From Eledone cirrhosa (taxonomy: Eukaryota): a stretch of 64,000 bases of DNA. The notes under the pieces were generated by a model that had not been told where the DNA came from, made no database searches, and saw only the letters and a list, made by a program, of their open reading frames with translations. Of this stretch, positions 1 to 13,499 are shown in pieces. The DNA is taken from positions 74,338,001 through 74,402,000 of the forward strand of contig OZ024741.1 of assembly GCA_964016885.1 (NCBI GenBank), in the 5' to 3' direction. Both the position numbers and the translations under genes were made by a program. Numbering within the stretch: the first letter of the stretch is position 1; each line of letters starts with the position of its first letter.

Positions 1-109
1 ACTGATGAAGATGCATCAGTCTGGAATTACATAATTCACTGTTTGATGTGCACTTGATAATGCAACTGCAATAGACCATTGATACATTGGAACAATGTCT
101 GGGTAATTA

Positions 110-542
110 TTAATTTTTATTAATTTAAAAATAAATAAATGGGTTTAAACTATGAATGACAGTTGAAGGGTATAAAGTTTGTACATTGTATTTTTCAAAA
201 TTAACATTCTACATCATACTTCTAGTTGTATTTTAGTACATTTTTAAAACATAAAGAAGTGTGAAAATAAATTTACTATATTCTCTACATCGTATTTTTT
301 GTTGAAAGATTTAGTACATTTTTAAAACAAAAGAAAGTGAAAATAATGTTGCTATTGTTGGTGATTGCCACCTTGTTTACATTTGCAGAGATGTTTGTGG
401 TTTAATTTAAGGACCACTGTAGCACTAAAACTCCACTAGCCATCAATCCAAACTGACCCTTGACCTTATAAGACGCAGGGTGATTTTCTGGGACATTGTT
501 TTGAAAAAAAAAAGTGCATCTTATAAGCTATCAAATATGGTA
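110..542. mobile_element. Terminal part of a pogo/Tigger-like DNA transposon remnant
   Basis: Ends in GTGCATCTTATAAGCTATCAAATATGGTA, resembling a TACCGTAT-type TIR with TA end; internal repeat CTTATAAGACGCA. A second diverged copy is at 46065-46501. Confidence 0.55.
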
Positions 543-788
543 ATTCCCTGTTGTTCATGTATTGTCGTCTTCCTGCTATATCTAATGAATCCACTCTGAT
601 TCAAAGATACTCTTTGTTTCATCAAGTGAGTAGGTATTCAACTGGGATAAATTAAATTTGTGTAGTTACTTGGCTAAAAACATTGACTAATTTCAAAAAC
701 ACCCTTACTATATATATATGCATGTATAAAAGCATCAAACAGAAAAAAAAAGAAACAAATAATAACTATATATTAAATGTATGCTTAC

Positions 789-1027
789 CCAAATGTGGGG
801 CCACCTTGACTTAAATCAAAGACTTGCCGAGGGTTGAGTAACCAACAGAACTTGTGCATTATTTTTGCCCCTTGGTTTCCTCCACTCTTCGGATTGATAA
901 ATACCAAAAGGGGTTTACTTGTTGGTGATGGAATGGACTTCACAATAAACGTTTTCTGTTCATCTTTATTTTTTTTCTTTTTTAATGACGCTTTTTTTCT
1001 TTTCCTCAGAGAAGACTTGAATGAACC
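789..1027 (-). CDS. DGKZ: Diacylglycerol kinase type IV (DGKzeta/iota, rdgA-like) exon: MARCKS-like basic segment plus start of DAGK catalytic domain
   Basis: Hand translation: [79 protein letters not shown](G), matching the [14 protein letters not shown]...[12 protein letters not shown] signature. Acceptor TAG at 1030-1028, donor GTAAG at 788-784; 239 nt, starts in phase 0. Confidence 0.95.
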
Positions 1028-2024
1028 CTAAAAAAAATGATAAAATGGTTAGTATTCTACTGGGTGTAAAAGGAATCATGTGGGGAAGAAAAATCCATTC
1101 ACATGGACATGTAATGTGTATCAATAATAATTGCTGGGTGAAGAAGTGCCAGGATTTCCAAGTGGAATGAAGCCACAGAAGTTACTTTCCTCTTTTCTCA
1201 ACACATGAATCACCACCTTATTCCATTTCTCTTCACAGCATAAATCACTGGCTCTTTTCTCGTCATCATCTGCAATTCATTGTCTTCCTCTCTTTCAACA
1301 ATACTCCACTCATCTAACAAACTATTCATCTTTCTATCCTTCTCTGCTGCTCCAAGTTCATCACATATCTCAAACTACTTCTGACACATGCAACATAAAA
1401 TGGTTAGTTTTTGGATACTATAATATTATATTTAGTTAGAACAGTTTTAACCTCTTCCTTACAATATTTCTGATGGAAGACACTGCCTATGATTTTGCAA
1501 ATAATTTTGCAAAGTATCAAAACGTTTTAGGGATTTAGTAATATAACTAGCTTAGTCATTATTTATCTGTTGTTTAGGGCATAACTTACATAAAATTAGG
1601 GCAGACGGTTTTGTTTTTAGATAGATATAAACAATATAACCCTTTTATTTTTATATATCTAATGAAAAGGTTTTTGAAATAATTTTGAAAATATTAAAAT
1701 ATATTTAGAGATTTACTACCATAAGTAATTTTCTCATTAATAAGCTAATGGAGTGTAACTTAAAGGATCTGACATATTATGGTGAAAGGCTTTTTGACAT
1801 ATTACCACGACAAGAACAAAACAATTTTGTATCATAGAACCAGTTGGGGTTTCAAATTGTTTGGTATCGTGTTAAATTAATGAGTAATGTTAGAAGACAT
1901 CAATATGTAGGATATACAATATAACAGATATCATGAAAATAGAAGATACAAAGAAGCAGAAATTGATTAAATTTTAAATGATTGGAAGGCCAAACAATGT
2001 TTATAAAAATTAAACGTAGTGTTT

Positions 2025-2067
2025 TATTCATACATTTTTCTGTCTAAAAGACTCTCATCAGTGAATA
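2025..2067 (-). ncRNA. Minimal type I hammerhead ribozyme motif (solo, slightly degenerate)
   Basis: Minus strand reads TATTCA-CTGATGA-GA-GTCT TTT AGAC-A-GAAA-AATG-TA-TGAATA: 6-bp stem I, 4-bp stem II, core CUGAUGA/GAAA, GUA triplet. Confidence 0.6.
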
Positions 2068-3129
2068 TAGGATCTGTTTTTCATGCCTGGAACCTTTTAG
2101 CATTGATTAACCATCGAAATTTGAAAAAGCATATAACCAACGCTAAAATCTTTTCTGTAATATATATGGTTTCTACTTTTCAAATTCTAAATCTCGCTGA
2201 CCAGCTAGTTTGGAGTCCTATTTAGTGAGGAATGGTGTTGTTGGAAGCGGGGGAGATCTCCTTTACAGAGTTGAAGGAATGATATCGCACAACAGGACGT
2301 TAATAAATAATAGCAACTGGAAAAGTAGAAGTAGGAGGAGGAGTAGGAAAGAGAGTGTGTGAAATAGAGAGAGGGGGGCCAGAGAGTGAAAGAGAGAGAG
2401 TGGAGGCAGAGTGGTGGTGTGAGAAAGGGATAGAAAGGTGTGTGTATGTGTGTGTAAAGGAGCGAGATGAGTGCGTGAAATGTAAGAAGTGTATGTGAGA
2501 GGATATCACTGACTCTCAGGTCAGCTTTGATCAAGCAGACTTTTAAATAAAGATTTCCAGTCATGATCATCCCATTTTATTTTTAGACAATATATCCAGG
2601 GTTACATTATCCAATGTGATTTTCCTTTTTATAAAATGGTAATGTATAGTTTGAGGGTATTTTGGCTACTATTCTTTAAAAGTAGAGTGACCACCTATAG
2701 ACTCCATCATTAATGAAATGGAAACCTTAATTTTCTAGAAACTGTTTCAGGCTGTAGATTCTCCATTGCTCAACTTTTAATCCTAATTTAGTTTCATATT
2801 AATAAAGCACAACTACTGTGTGTATCTAGTTTAGAATAGGTACCATATTCCTGTATCTCATACAAGGTAACTAAAAGGATAGGAAAGGTAACCGGCTGTA
2901 AAACATTGCCTTAAAAAGAGCCTTATGATGAGTATGAAAACTGTCATGGGGTCCACAAGGCCAACCTTTACTTTAGCAGGAAAATGGTTTTAAAATGCTC
3001 ATTACTATTGTTGTCACAGAGAACAACTGCACCCTACAACTTAAAAAAAAAATTAAATTTAAGTTCAATACCAAGTAATCTTTTCTTTGTCATTTTGAAC
3101 TTTTTGTGAAGTACATGACCAGTTCATTT

Positions 3130-3688
3130 TGATATGGTCGTGATGGTGACATGGGAAAAAGCACTCAGCCCACACTGTAAAGTAGGTGTCATGACAAAAA
3201 GCACCCAGTCCTCACTATAAAGTGGTTGTGTAAGGCAAAAGCACACAACCCACACTGTAAATTGGTCGTGTAAGTGTCATGACAAAAATCACCCAGTCTG
3301 CCCACACTGTAAATTGGTGGTGTAAGAGTCATGACAAAAATCACCCAGTCCACACTATAAAGTGGTTGTGTAAGGCAAAAGTGCCCAGCCCACACTGTAA
3401 ATTGGTCATGTAGGTGTCACGACAAAAAGCACCCAGTCCACACAGTGAAGTGATCGTGTTGGTGACACGACAAAACGCACCCAGTCCATACTGTAAAGTG
3501 GTCATGTGGGTGATACGACAAAAAGCACCCAGTACTCACTGTAAATGAGGTTGCTGTTAGAAAGGGAATCCAGCTGTAGAAAGCAAGCAAAAATCAGTTC
3601 TGTATGTGCAAGACATGGTTACTTAACCTAGCATTGCCCACAACAAGACAACTTGTTTAACCCATGCTAGCGTGGAAAAATGGACGTG

Positions 3689-3737
<49 letters not shown>
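3130..3737 (+). repeat. RTE 3'-UTR-derived element with expanded ~47-bp tandem array and (GAT)n tail
   Basis: About 9 units of AAAAGCACCCAGTCCACACTGTAAAGTGGTCGTGTAGGTGTCATGAC, then the conserved GGAAGGG.ATCCAGCTGTAGAAA core and GGACGT..(GAT)n tail seen on the RTE copies. Confidence 0.8.
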
Positions 3738-5216
3738 AATGTTTGGCATTTAGTAGTTCAATCTACTAAATATCTGATTCATGAATTAATGTGCAAGTAG
3801 TTGAGTATCCCATAGACACATGTACTTTTAACATGATTCCAAAGTAGAATAAGCATGACACAACATGTGATAAGGCTGGACCTTTCGCTTACATGTGCAA
3901 TCTATTTCATGGGCTTCTACACAGTTTCTGTGTAACACATTTCATCCACAAGACTTGGGTTGACCTGAAGCTATGGTAAAGAAATGTGCCCAAGATGCCA
4001 CACAGTGGGATAAACCCAGGACCTCATGATTGTGAAGTAAACTTCTTAACCATGCCTGTATATAACTATAATTTCTATGGAATTAACTAAATGAAAGGAA
4101 AATAACTGATCATCAGATAAGATCAAAGGGACTATGTTTCCAGTTGTAATTTCTTGCAGAAGTATCACAACTTTCTCTGTGACAAGAGGCAAAATTTCAA
4201 CTCAGAATGCACAGATCAAGAATGGATAATGCAAAGCATTCTGCCTGACTCTTTGACAATTCTGTTAATCCAATGCACATGAAAGGATGCAAGGCAAAGT
4301 CAACTTCAATGGGATTTGAACTCAAAACATAAAAAGCTGGAACAAATATCAAGGTGTTTAATCCAATGCTTTAATGACTCTGCTAATTTCTTTGGCATTA
4401 ACGAAAATCAAAAAATATATATCATTCCAGTTCTCTAAAAAGGATTCTAATAAAAACAAAGATAAATGGTACTTTATATATCAACACAGATTTCTGTTGT
4501 ATATAAGTTGAAAATGAAATTCAAATATCTTTTAACATCTACAGATAGTTTTCAAAGTTAATTTAGAAATACAAACGAAGTTCTGTTCAAATTTTGTATC
4601 ATAGTTAATTACATCCAAGTGATGTACAAGCTTCCATGTCCTTTGTAATTAAATGCAAATATTTGCTGTTGTTGCCTTATATTCATGTCACCACGGTAAT
4701 ATTGAAAGAAGGAAATTAACAATTGTATGTTTGTTTTATGATATGTTACAAATTGCAAACTTTAATTTTCACTTAGTAATTGGAGTTTCACTAATTCTGA
4801 AAATTTTAATGAAACATTTTAATTCCCTATATTGATATAAGAACTTGAGAATTGATACTTATTATTATTTTCAAATTTTAATTTGCTTGAAGGAAATAAT
4901 TAAAAGGTGGTGAATTTATTTAGAATGTTTCTGGTGTTAGCAATGTTTACCAAATGAGGAAATACAATAAAATCTTCTTGGAGTTTTATCTGGTTTGCAG
5001 CAAAATTTAATTGAAATAAATAGTCATCTTTTCATTCGCTTTTTAAGAATAATTCTAATTGAAGATAAAATCATTATCCAAATTGTATTCTAAATCTCAT
5101 CATTTTTAACACTTTTGGTAACAAACTGTCTGAAACCACTCATTGTTCTACAATACTAAGCTGTTTGGTTTAATGTTCTTACATTTATTTAAACTTTCAT
5201 TATAATTTTAAGTAAT

Positions 5217-5404
5217 AATTGTTTCTACTTTAGGCACAAGGCCAGCAATTATCCAATGCATTACTGGTACTTTATTTTATCGACCCCGTAAGGATGAAAG
5301 GCAAAGTCAACCCTGGGTGGGATTTGAACTTAGATCGTAAAGGGACGTAACTATGCTGGAAAGCATGGCGTCCGACCCTCTACCGATACTGCCAATCCAC
5401 CGCC
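5217..5404 (-). mobile_element. tRNA-derived SINE family A (~190 bp, Meta-SINE-like core)
   Basis: Pol III A/B-box-like head (TGGCAGTATCGG...GTTCAAATCC) and core GCCTTTCATCCTTACGGGGTCGATAAAATAAAGTACCAG; TSD TAATTTTAAGTAATAAT. A partial copy follows at 5419-5523. Confidence 0.85.
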
Positions 5405-6296
5405 CTAATTTTAAGTAATAATTGTTTCTACTTTTGGCACAAGGCCAGCAAATACCCAGTACATTACTGGTACTTTATTTTATCGACCCCGTAAGGATGA
5501 AAGGCAAAGTTAACCTCGGCGGGAGTGTACCAAATACCTGCTTAATAATGAGAAACTAGTTATATAACTAAATTCTTCAACATTCTTCATTATTTTCAAA
5601 ATTATTTGAAAATCATAATCAGTATCTTTCATTAGAAATATGGTAAAGAAAAGGTTAAAGGTTCATTATCATTGCTTTATATCTACTGTATTTATCTAAA
5701 AACTTCCAGCATGATTTCATGTTAAAACCTTTGTTAAATTATGTTCTAAACAGCAGTTTAATAATGAGAAAGTTAGTCATATTACTAAAATCCATAGAAA
5801 TTCTTTATTATACCCAAAAATATTTGAATATCATAGTTAATAAGGTTGCGATATATGGTTGTGAATGATGATGAATTATGAGGCAGGAATGTATTGAGCA
5901 TGGTGTATTTGATATCTCTTCACATTGGTATTGAGAAATATGCTGGGGTTAGAAGCAACAAAACTGCAGAATTGATTTAAACAAAAATGTTTTAACTCTT
6001 TCATTACCATATTTCTAATAAATTTGAAAATAACCAATAATTTGGAGGGATTTAATAATATCAATAACTTTTACATTATTAATTTGGAGGGTAGTGGATT
6101 GGCAGGATCCTTAGAGTGTCAAACAAAATGCCTTGGTACATTTCGTTATAGCTGCTAATGTTCTGAGTTCAAATCCTGCTGAGGTCAACTTTGCCTTTCA
6201 TCCTTCTGGTGTCAATAAAATAAAGTACCAGTCAAGTACAGGAGTTGATATAATAAACTTTCCCCATCCTCCAAAATTGCTGGTCTGGTGTATAGA

Positions 6297-6480
6297 GGAT
6301 TGGCAGTATCGGTAGAGGGTTGGACACCATGCTTTGCAGCAAAGAGTTACGGCCCTTTATGGTCTGAGTTCAAATCCCGCCGAGGTTAACTTTGCTTCTC
6401 TTCCTTACGGGGTCGATAAAATAAAGTACCAGTAATACACTGGGTAATTGCTGGCCTTGTGCCAAAAGTAGAAACAATTA
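6297..6480 (+). mobile_element. SINE family A copy, inserted in an older related SINE (6088-6296)
   Basis: Same head, core and AGAAACAATTA tail as the other copies. Confidence 0.8.
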
Positions 6481-9400
6481 TTAATCTGGTTTTTGGAGAG
6501 TATGATACTGCCTCTTTTGTTTTTGTTTATTTTTGATCCTGTTTTGCTTTTAGGCAAAATAAATATCAAGTTAGAAACAGTTAATACCATCTGGTTTATA
6601 ACTATTTGCTGTTTTTTGTTTTTCATTTTAGTGTGTATGTCATCAAATTATTTTCAAAGTTTCCTTTTGAATTAAAACTTTCTTGCAATAATATATATTT
6701 TGTTTCCTATTAAAGTGGTTCAATTACTTAGAAGATAATTTCCTCATAGAATTTAATAGCTAACTATGGGTTTTACTATATATTTTAAAATTAAATTTAC
6801 CTATTCCATTTTCTTCTGGCGAGGTGTTACAAAGTAATGATTATTTCTGATTTCCTTTAACTAACCCACACAATTTTGACAACTAAAGTTTACCTGCAAA
6901 GAACCTTCAATAAAGATGTGTCTGTTGTTCATGGTTGTTGCCTAGAATGTGTAACATTTATTAACTATGCCAGAGGGAAAACAATAATAACTTTACAAAC
7001 TTGAAATTAACAAATAAAATTAATGCAAAATCTATGAACTCCATTTCACTGATCAATTTTCACAGCTGAGGGAAAGCAGACGTTAAATGATGATGATGAT
7101 GATGATGTTTTCTGAGCATCTAACAGCCACAGAAACAGTGAAAGAACAAATTGTGGTTATACAATATATATTTGTATATATATAACAAATATGAAGTTAC
7201 AGTAGTTGTAAAATGTATATTTGCTATAATTTCTCAAATTTAAAGTTAAAAGTATATAATTAGAAAGTTAAGGTTTCCTAAATAATGCCAAACTAACTAA
7301 GTTATGTTCCAAACACCAGCTTAGCTATTTGATACCAAACTGCCTGAAACTACTCCCAGTTCAATGATACAAAATTATTTGTTTCAGAATATTCATATCA
7401 ATCTAAAACCTTCCCATCATAATTTTATGTAAGAACTTTAAAATTATGCTTCAAACACCAGTTTAGCTATTTGAAACCAAACTGCCTGAAACCACTCCCA
7501 TACAAAATTGCTTGTTTTATCTAAAAACCTTCCATCATAAGTTTTATATTACAAACACCAAATAAATAATGAGAAATATAATTATATTACTACCGACCAC
7601 CCATTCTTGAATATTTTCAAAATCAATTCAAAATCATAGGCAATGTCTTTTATTTGAAATATTGTAGCAAAAAAGTTAACATATTTGATATTTGAAGGTC
7701 ATCACTTCATTTAAACATAAGCAAGTTTGGCATCAAGAAGAGCACCCAGCTGTAGAATAGTACTTCAAGAAAATTTCATTCAACCCATGTCAGCAAGGTA
7801 AAGCAGAAATAAAAATGATGATATTTTTGATAATTCTAGGATTAAAATAACCAGCAGAAATTAGAGCCAGATGTTTAAACATATAAATTTTGCCAAGAAA
7901 GGTTGAATGAACTATTCAGTTGTGTCAAGCATATGACTACCTTTCTAGTGCTGGTGACAAAATGAATTCATAGCCAGTACACTTTATAAATGGTTGGCAC
8001 TAGGGAATGTATCCAGCTGTAGGAACCATGCCAAAACTGGATACATGGATCCTTGGCACATGTAGGAGCACAGTGGTTCTGATTATATATTGACCTGTAA
8101 CATGGAAAAAGGGGCATAAAAGGATGCTGACACCACTACTTTAGTTATAAATAAGGCCATTTTAGTTTGAGTTGTGAAAATCTAAATATTGGTTTACATA
8201 ATAGTTTGATAAAATTCAAAATGATCATTTATGGGAGGTGGGTAACATAATCTGTAGAAGGTCAGACAAAAAGTTGGTCTTTTTTCTTTTAGCCATATGA
8301 TGGAGGCATAGGTGTGCTATCATGAGATACATCATGCCTTGGGCATTTAAACCTGATGGAACCAATCCCTCTTCAGGTTAGAAGAGAGAAAGAAAGTGGA
8401 GGGAGGGAGAGGGAAGAACCGATTCTAATTCCGGGATGTTACTTTGATTGACTTCAAAAGCAAAGTTGACATCAGTGGGTTTTTAGCTCTGAGCATAGAA
8501 AACCAGAATGAATATCATGAAGCCTTCTATCTGATGTTTTAATGACTGTCAATTTGCTGCTTTAAAAGTTGATTGAATCTCTTTATTTTCTGGTTCTATA
8601 AATTTTCTATAAAACAACAATAGCAGTTTCAAATTTAGGCACAAAGCCAGTAATTTGGGGTCTAGCAAAAAGTAAATTAAATCAGCCCAAGTGTTTTTAT
8701 CAAGCCCAAGAAAATAAAAAGCAAAGTTGACTTTAATGGGATGTGAACTTATTTTGAAAGCATTTTGTCTGATGCTGTAATGATTCTGCCAATCCACCTG
8801 GCTGAACAACAACAATAATAATTCTTACTAACATTAACACAAAGGCAGCAATTTTAAAGGGGAAAGTCAATTACATTGACCTCAGTACTTAACTGTACTT
8901 CATCTTACTGACACGGAATTGAACTCAGAACATATGAAGTCATAACAAAATACTGCAAAGCATTTTGTTTGATGCTCTATTGATACTTTCAATTCACAAG
9001 CTTTAATAATAAATGTTGTTATTGGACCTCTGTCATTTCAAATGATGAGTATTCCAGTTTATTCAATCTACAGAACTCATGAAATTAATAAGTGGCTGAA
9101 CATTCACAGACAATGCACCTTTAACAGAGTTCTCAGGGAGATTCAGCATGATATAACGTGTGACAAGACTGGTTTGTTGAATTATAAGTACAACTCATTT
9201 TTGCAGGTGGAGTTGACTGAAGCAATGTACAATAAAGAGTATTGCTCAAGGAAAAACATGCCATCTTGTTTAGGAATTAAACTCACAATGTTATGATCAT
9301 GCCTTCACAATAATAATAATTCTTTCTGACATTCGCACAAAAGCAAGCAATTTGGGGTGATGGGGTGATGTAAACAGTGGTTTAATCAGTATTTATTGAG

Positions 9401-9655
9401 ATTTGACATTAAGTGTGTATGTATCGACAAAGTTATTAAGACGATCAATAGGTGTTCAATACATGAATTACGTAAATACCATATTGCTTTGATTCCTATT
9501 GATTTAGGTTTTCAAGGAAATCAATATTTCAATGAAGAGATTCTGATTTTTTTTTTCATAAAAAATTAAAATGATTCCATTTTTTTCATCGAAATATTAT
9601 TCTAAAATATTTGTTTTGTTATATATGGTTATGTGTGTGTGTGTGTACATATATA

Positions 9656-9964
9656 TCATCATCATCACCGTTTTACGTCCGTTCTTCCATGCTAGCATGG
9701 GTTAGACGGGTTGTCCTGTTGTGGGCAGTGTCTGGTCAGCTGACCATGCCTTGCTCATACAGGAACTGATTTTGGCTTGATTTCTACAGCTGGATGCTCT
9801 TCCTAACACCAACCTCATTTACAGTGAGTGCTGGGGGCTTTTTCCGCGGCGCCTACACGTCCACTTTACAGTGTGGGCTGGGTGCTTTTTTGCCGTGGCA
9901 CCTCCACGACCACCTTGCAGTGGGAGGGTGTGGGGGCATATTGTCTATATGCTTCAGCTTGTAC

Positions 9965-9968
<4 letters not shown>
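9656..9968 (-). mobile_element. 5'-truncated RTE 3' end (same family as 44115-45378)
   Basis: Reverse complement matches from ATGGGTACAAGCTGA (end of ORF 44096-45079) through the 3' UTR to the (GAT)n tail; 5' end abuts (TA)n. Confidence 0.85.
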
Positions 9969-10016
<48 letters not shown>

Positions 10017-11726
10017 GGGGGGGGGAGATACACACATATATATATTTAGATTATATATATAATCAGATATACAATGAGTGGAGTAGCTAGCTGATGCAGT
10101 GTTAATGCTTTCACCATTTTGGCCATGCATCACAGCTGAGATATACCATCCAAACTGGGATACTGAGTCTGCTGTCACAACCCACATTCCCAGACTTTCG
10201 TTATTTAAGTTTTTTCTCTTTTTTATTGCAAAGATTATAATTATTTAATAATGGTACTTACATAAAATTATGATGGAACGTTTTTATATAAATATAAACC
10301 CTTTAAAAATTAAGTTTTGTATCATAGCCCCACTGAATCATTAACTTGTTGACTGCCACATATATTTTACACAGCTACAGTTGCTGTGCCGATTTTTTTT
10401 TTTCAGTAAAATGACTATATTTTTAAACAAACATTTATTAACAACACGTATCTGAATGATTGGAAGTTATGAACTGTTGTAAACGAGTTCATAACTTTGA
10501 AGTTATGAATTGTTAGAAAAGAGTTCAAACATGTTAGAACGAGTTATCTCATCCGTGGCACTGGAATGCATACATGTTAGGGCGAGTTATTTCATCTACA
10601 GCACTGAATTCATACTTGAATAACTTTAATTATCTTTAATTGGAGAAGGTACTAGTCAGTTGCTGATTAGAAACTTATGACTTTCAAGATGTAATTCTTA
10701 AAAAAACTTGTAAAAACAAATTTGTGACATTACTTCCAATTCTGTTTAAATATTGATTAAAAGTTATGAAAACGCAATATTTGCATATATATTGATCATA
10801 TCTATATGCATTTTATTGTAGCACCAGTACTAAACAGGATGTCATGTCCTAGACAAAACTGCATATTCCTATCAACCCTTTGTTTGGCATGCATTCTATG
10901 GCAAGATGCACTTCCTAATGCCAACCACTTTACAGAGTTTACTGTGCATTTTATTACAGCACTAGTGCTAGAGAAGTTGTCATATAATAAACACAATGGC
11001 TGATTCCTATTAACCTTTTATTTGGCATGGATTCTAAAACCAACCACTTTATAAGTATACTGGATGCATTTTATTGTGGTAGCAGTACTAAGCAGTTTTC
11101 ATGTCCTAGATATAACTGAAGGGTTTTCTCAACTCTTTTTGACATGGTTTCTAGTAAGAAAACTGCAACTATCAGTACATAACAGAATAAACAGAAGATA
11201 ACAACTAGCACAATCTACATGAGAATGATAATTCTCCTACAAGAACTCCTTGTCTCCTTTGCTTTTTTCATTTAATAGCTTTATTGAACCAGACTACATT
11301 GACATCTCTTGTAAATACAACAGGACTTGAAACAGTATGCAAGAAATGATATCCAATTAGAAAACACTATAAATAGTCCAACCAGTCAGTAAAGACATTA
11401 ACATAAATACAGGGACTTAAGTAGTGCGCGAAAGCCAGGCTAAGAGGAATAAATAAATAAAAGGAAAATTGATGAAAACAAACAAGTAAAAACAAAAGAA
11501 AGAGATATATAGATCGAGAAAGAACACACATTAATAATAAATACAAAGGAAGAAATAAAGCAAAGCATGCAATATAATATATACAAAACTAATAGAAATT
11601 AAGTGAAGAAATTAAATAAAGAATACTGCAAGGGGAGAAATCACATTAGTAGTATTAGCAACATAACTAGACACAGAAAACACTACTACTACTACTACTA
11701 ACAATAATAATAATAATAATAATAAT

Positions 11727-11887
11727 ATTCAAAAGGCATGCTTGCTGGGAACAGCAAGAACCCTCCGATACGTCCTGAATACCTGAGGCTGCAGGTATCG
11801 GCTTGATGTTCATTTGAACAAACTTTCCAGTTAAATAACATCAATGACTGAGACTCCAATAATAATAATAATAACAATAATAATAAT
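11727..11887 (+). mobile_element. Short 3' end of a Dong/R4-like REL non-LTR retrotransposon with (AAT)n tail
   Basis: Reads IQKACLLGTARTLRYVLNT*, the C-terminal motif of R4/Dong ORFs; (AAT)n on both sides. Confidence 0.7.
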
Positions 11888-12993
11888 CTAGTCACTGCAA
11901 GGAATATCTGGGCAGTTGCAGTGATTAGATAGACTGTGTCCATTCTCAGGTGGACTGAAGAAGAATTAGCAAAGTGACATGGTGCGGAGCTTTACACCAT
12001 AAAGTAAATATAAACAGATTGTACATGAAGAGAACAAATGGTGGTAGACATTGCATCAGTGTGGCTTATTGTATAAGAAATGAAAGGAGAATGCATGTAG
12101 AATATTTGGTAAACAGTGATGAAGAGTTCTTGCAATATGCATAAGAAGATATGGGTATAAATGCAGATGACATGGCTGGTAAGATAGAGTTGAAGAGAAG
12201 AGGAAAGATCTTCTGGAAATGAGAATGCATGAGCCGTTTGAAAGAAATACACAGGATAACAAAGATAAAACAACATCATGGACATGACTTAAGCAAGGTG
12301 ATTTGAAGTGTACCACTGAAAGCCTAAAACTAAGCTCTTGCTATCAATTCAGTGAAGTATAACATCTTCAATATTCTGACACCCAGAAATGCAGACTCTG
12401 TGGAAAGAATGTGGAAAATGTAATCCACTTGGTAAGGGGATGTGAGAGCCTTCCAGCCTTCATAAGCTGTTATGCCATAAATACCAATATAAAGTAATAG
12501 AGAATTGGTATGAGCATGTGACTTGTAAACTAATGCAGAAAAGTGGGAAAGTAGCAATATTCTGGGATTATGATTTTCAAACTGAACAAGTAATTGAACA
12601 TTGCTGACTGGACATTGTCATTTTGAACAAGAAAGACAAACACTGTTAGATCACAGATGTAGCCATACCAAATGACATGAGTATTGCAAGTAAAAAGGTT
12701 GAAAAAAATCACCAAGTACTCTGAATTGAAAGTGGAGAGGGCAAGACTGTAGGGAATGAGAGAGGGTAGTGTGAAAGTGATACCAGTTGTGATCTAGCAT
12801 TAGGGTCAATCCCATTGAAACTGCAAGTGGTTGGGAATACGATGCAAGATTGGTGTCATACAAAAATCAGCCTTGCTAGGAACTGCACACATTTTAAGGA
12901 AAATATTATTTGTTTGAGATCATTGTTGTAACTTGACAGATGACTAATAGTGCATTTTCTATCTACACAGTGTGACAAAAGGAATAATAATAA
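11888..12993 (+). mobile_element. Degenerate 5'-truncated Dong/R4-like LINE (CCHC plus restriction-like endonuclease)
   Basis: Frameshifted motifs RWTEEEL, INRLYMKRTNGGR, KCRLCGKNVENVIHLVRGC, FWDYDFQTEQVIEH, ITDVAIPND, VKVIPVVI, IQKSALLGTAHILRK; ends in AATAATAAT. Confidence 0.75.
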
Positions 12994-13499
12994 TTGTTTC
13001 TACATTTGTCACAAGACCAGTAATTTAAAGGGAAGAGGTAAGTCAATTAAATTGACCAAGGTCGGTTACTGGTGCTTCATTTTATTGATCACATAAGGAT
13101 AAAAAGCAAAGCTGATCTCAGTGGGATTTAAACTCAAAACGTAAAGGGTCGTAACTATATGCCACATAATAATAATTGTTTCAGATTTAAGCACAAAGCC
13201 AACAATTTGGGCAGACAAGAAAATCGATTAAATCAACCTCAGTGCATTACTGGTACTTTATTTTATCGACCTCGTAAGGATGAAAGGCAAAGCTAACATC
13301 AGTGGGATTTGAACTCAGAACATAAAGGGCTCTAACTATATGCCACAACTCAAATAGAACAATCTCCACAAATAGCACACATCTCAAAAAGAACAATTTT
13401 CACACACAATACACAGCATCTATCTATCTATCTATTACTACAACTCTGTGATTTCTTGCTTGCTTGTCTGTAATATAATACAGCCAAAAGGGCTTGGTT

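Noticed and set aside
1-20. CTGATGA at the window start as a hammerhead core
   Set aside because: No matching stem II/GAAA/stem I arrangement; only a short imperfect palindrome.
834-1031. 65-aa plus-strand ORF
   Set aside because: Antisense shadow of the real minus-strand DGK exon.
3130-3560. Regularly spaced repeat resembling a CRISPR array
   Set aside because: Continuous tandem units derived from the RTE 3' UTR; no spacers.
9794-10187. Cluster of short ORFs (also 39918-40665, 46674-47810 and most other 60-130-aa ORFs)
   Set aside because: Read-through of (TA)n/(GT)n microsatellites, SINEs or antisense LINE strands; no protein-like content.
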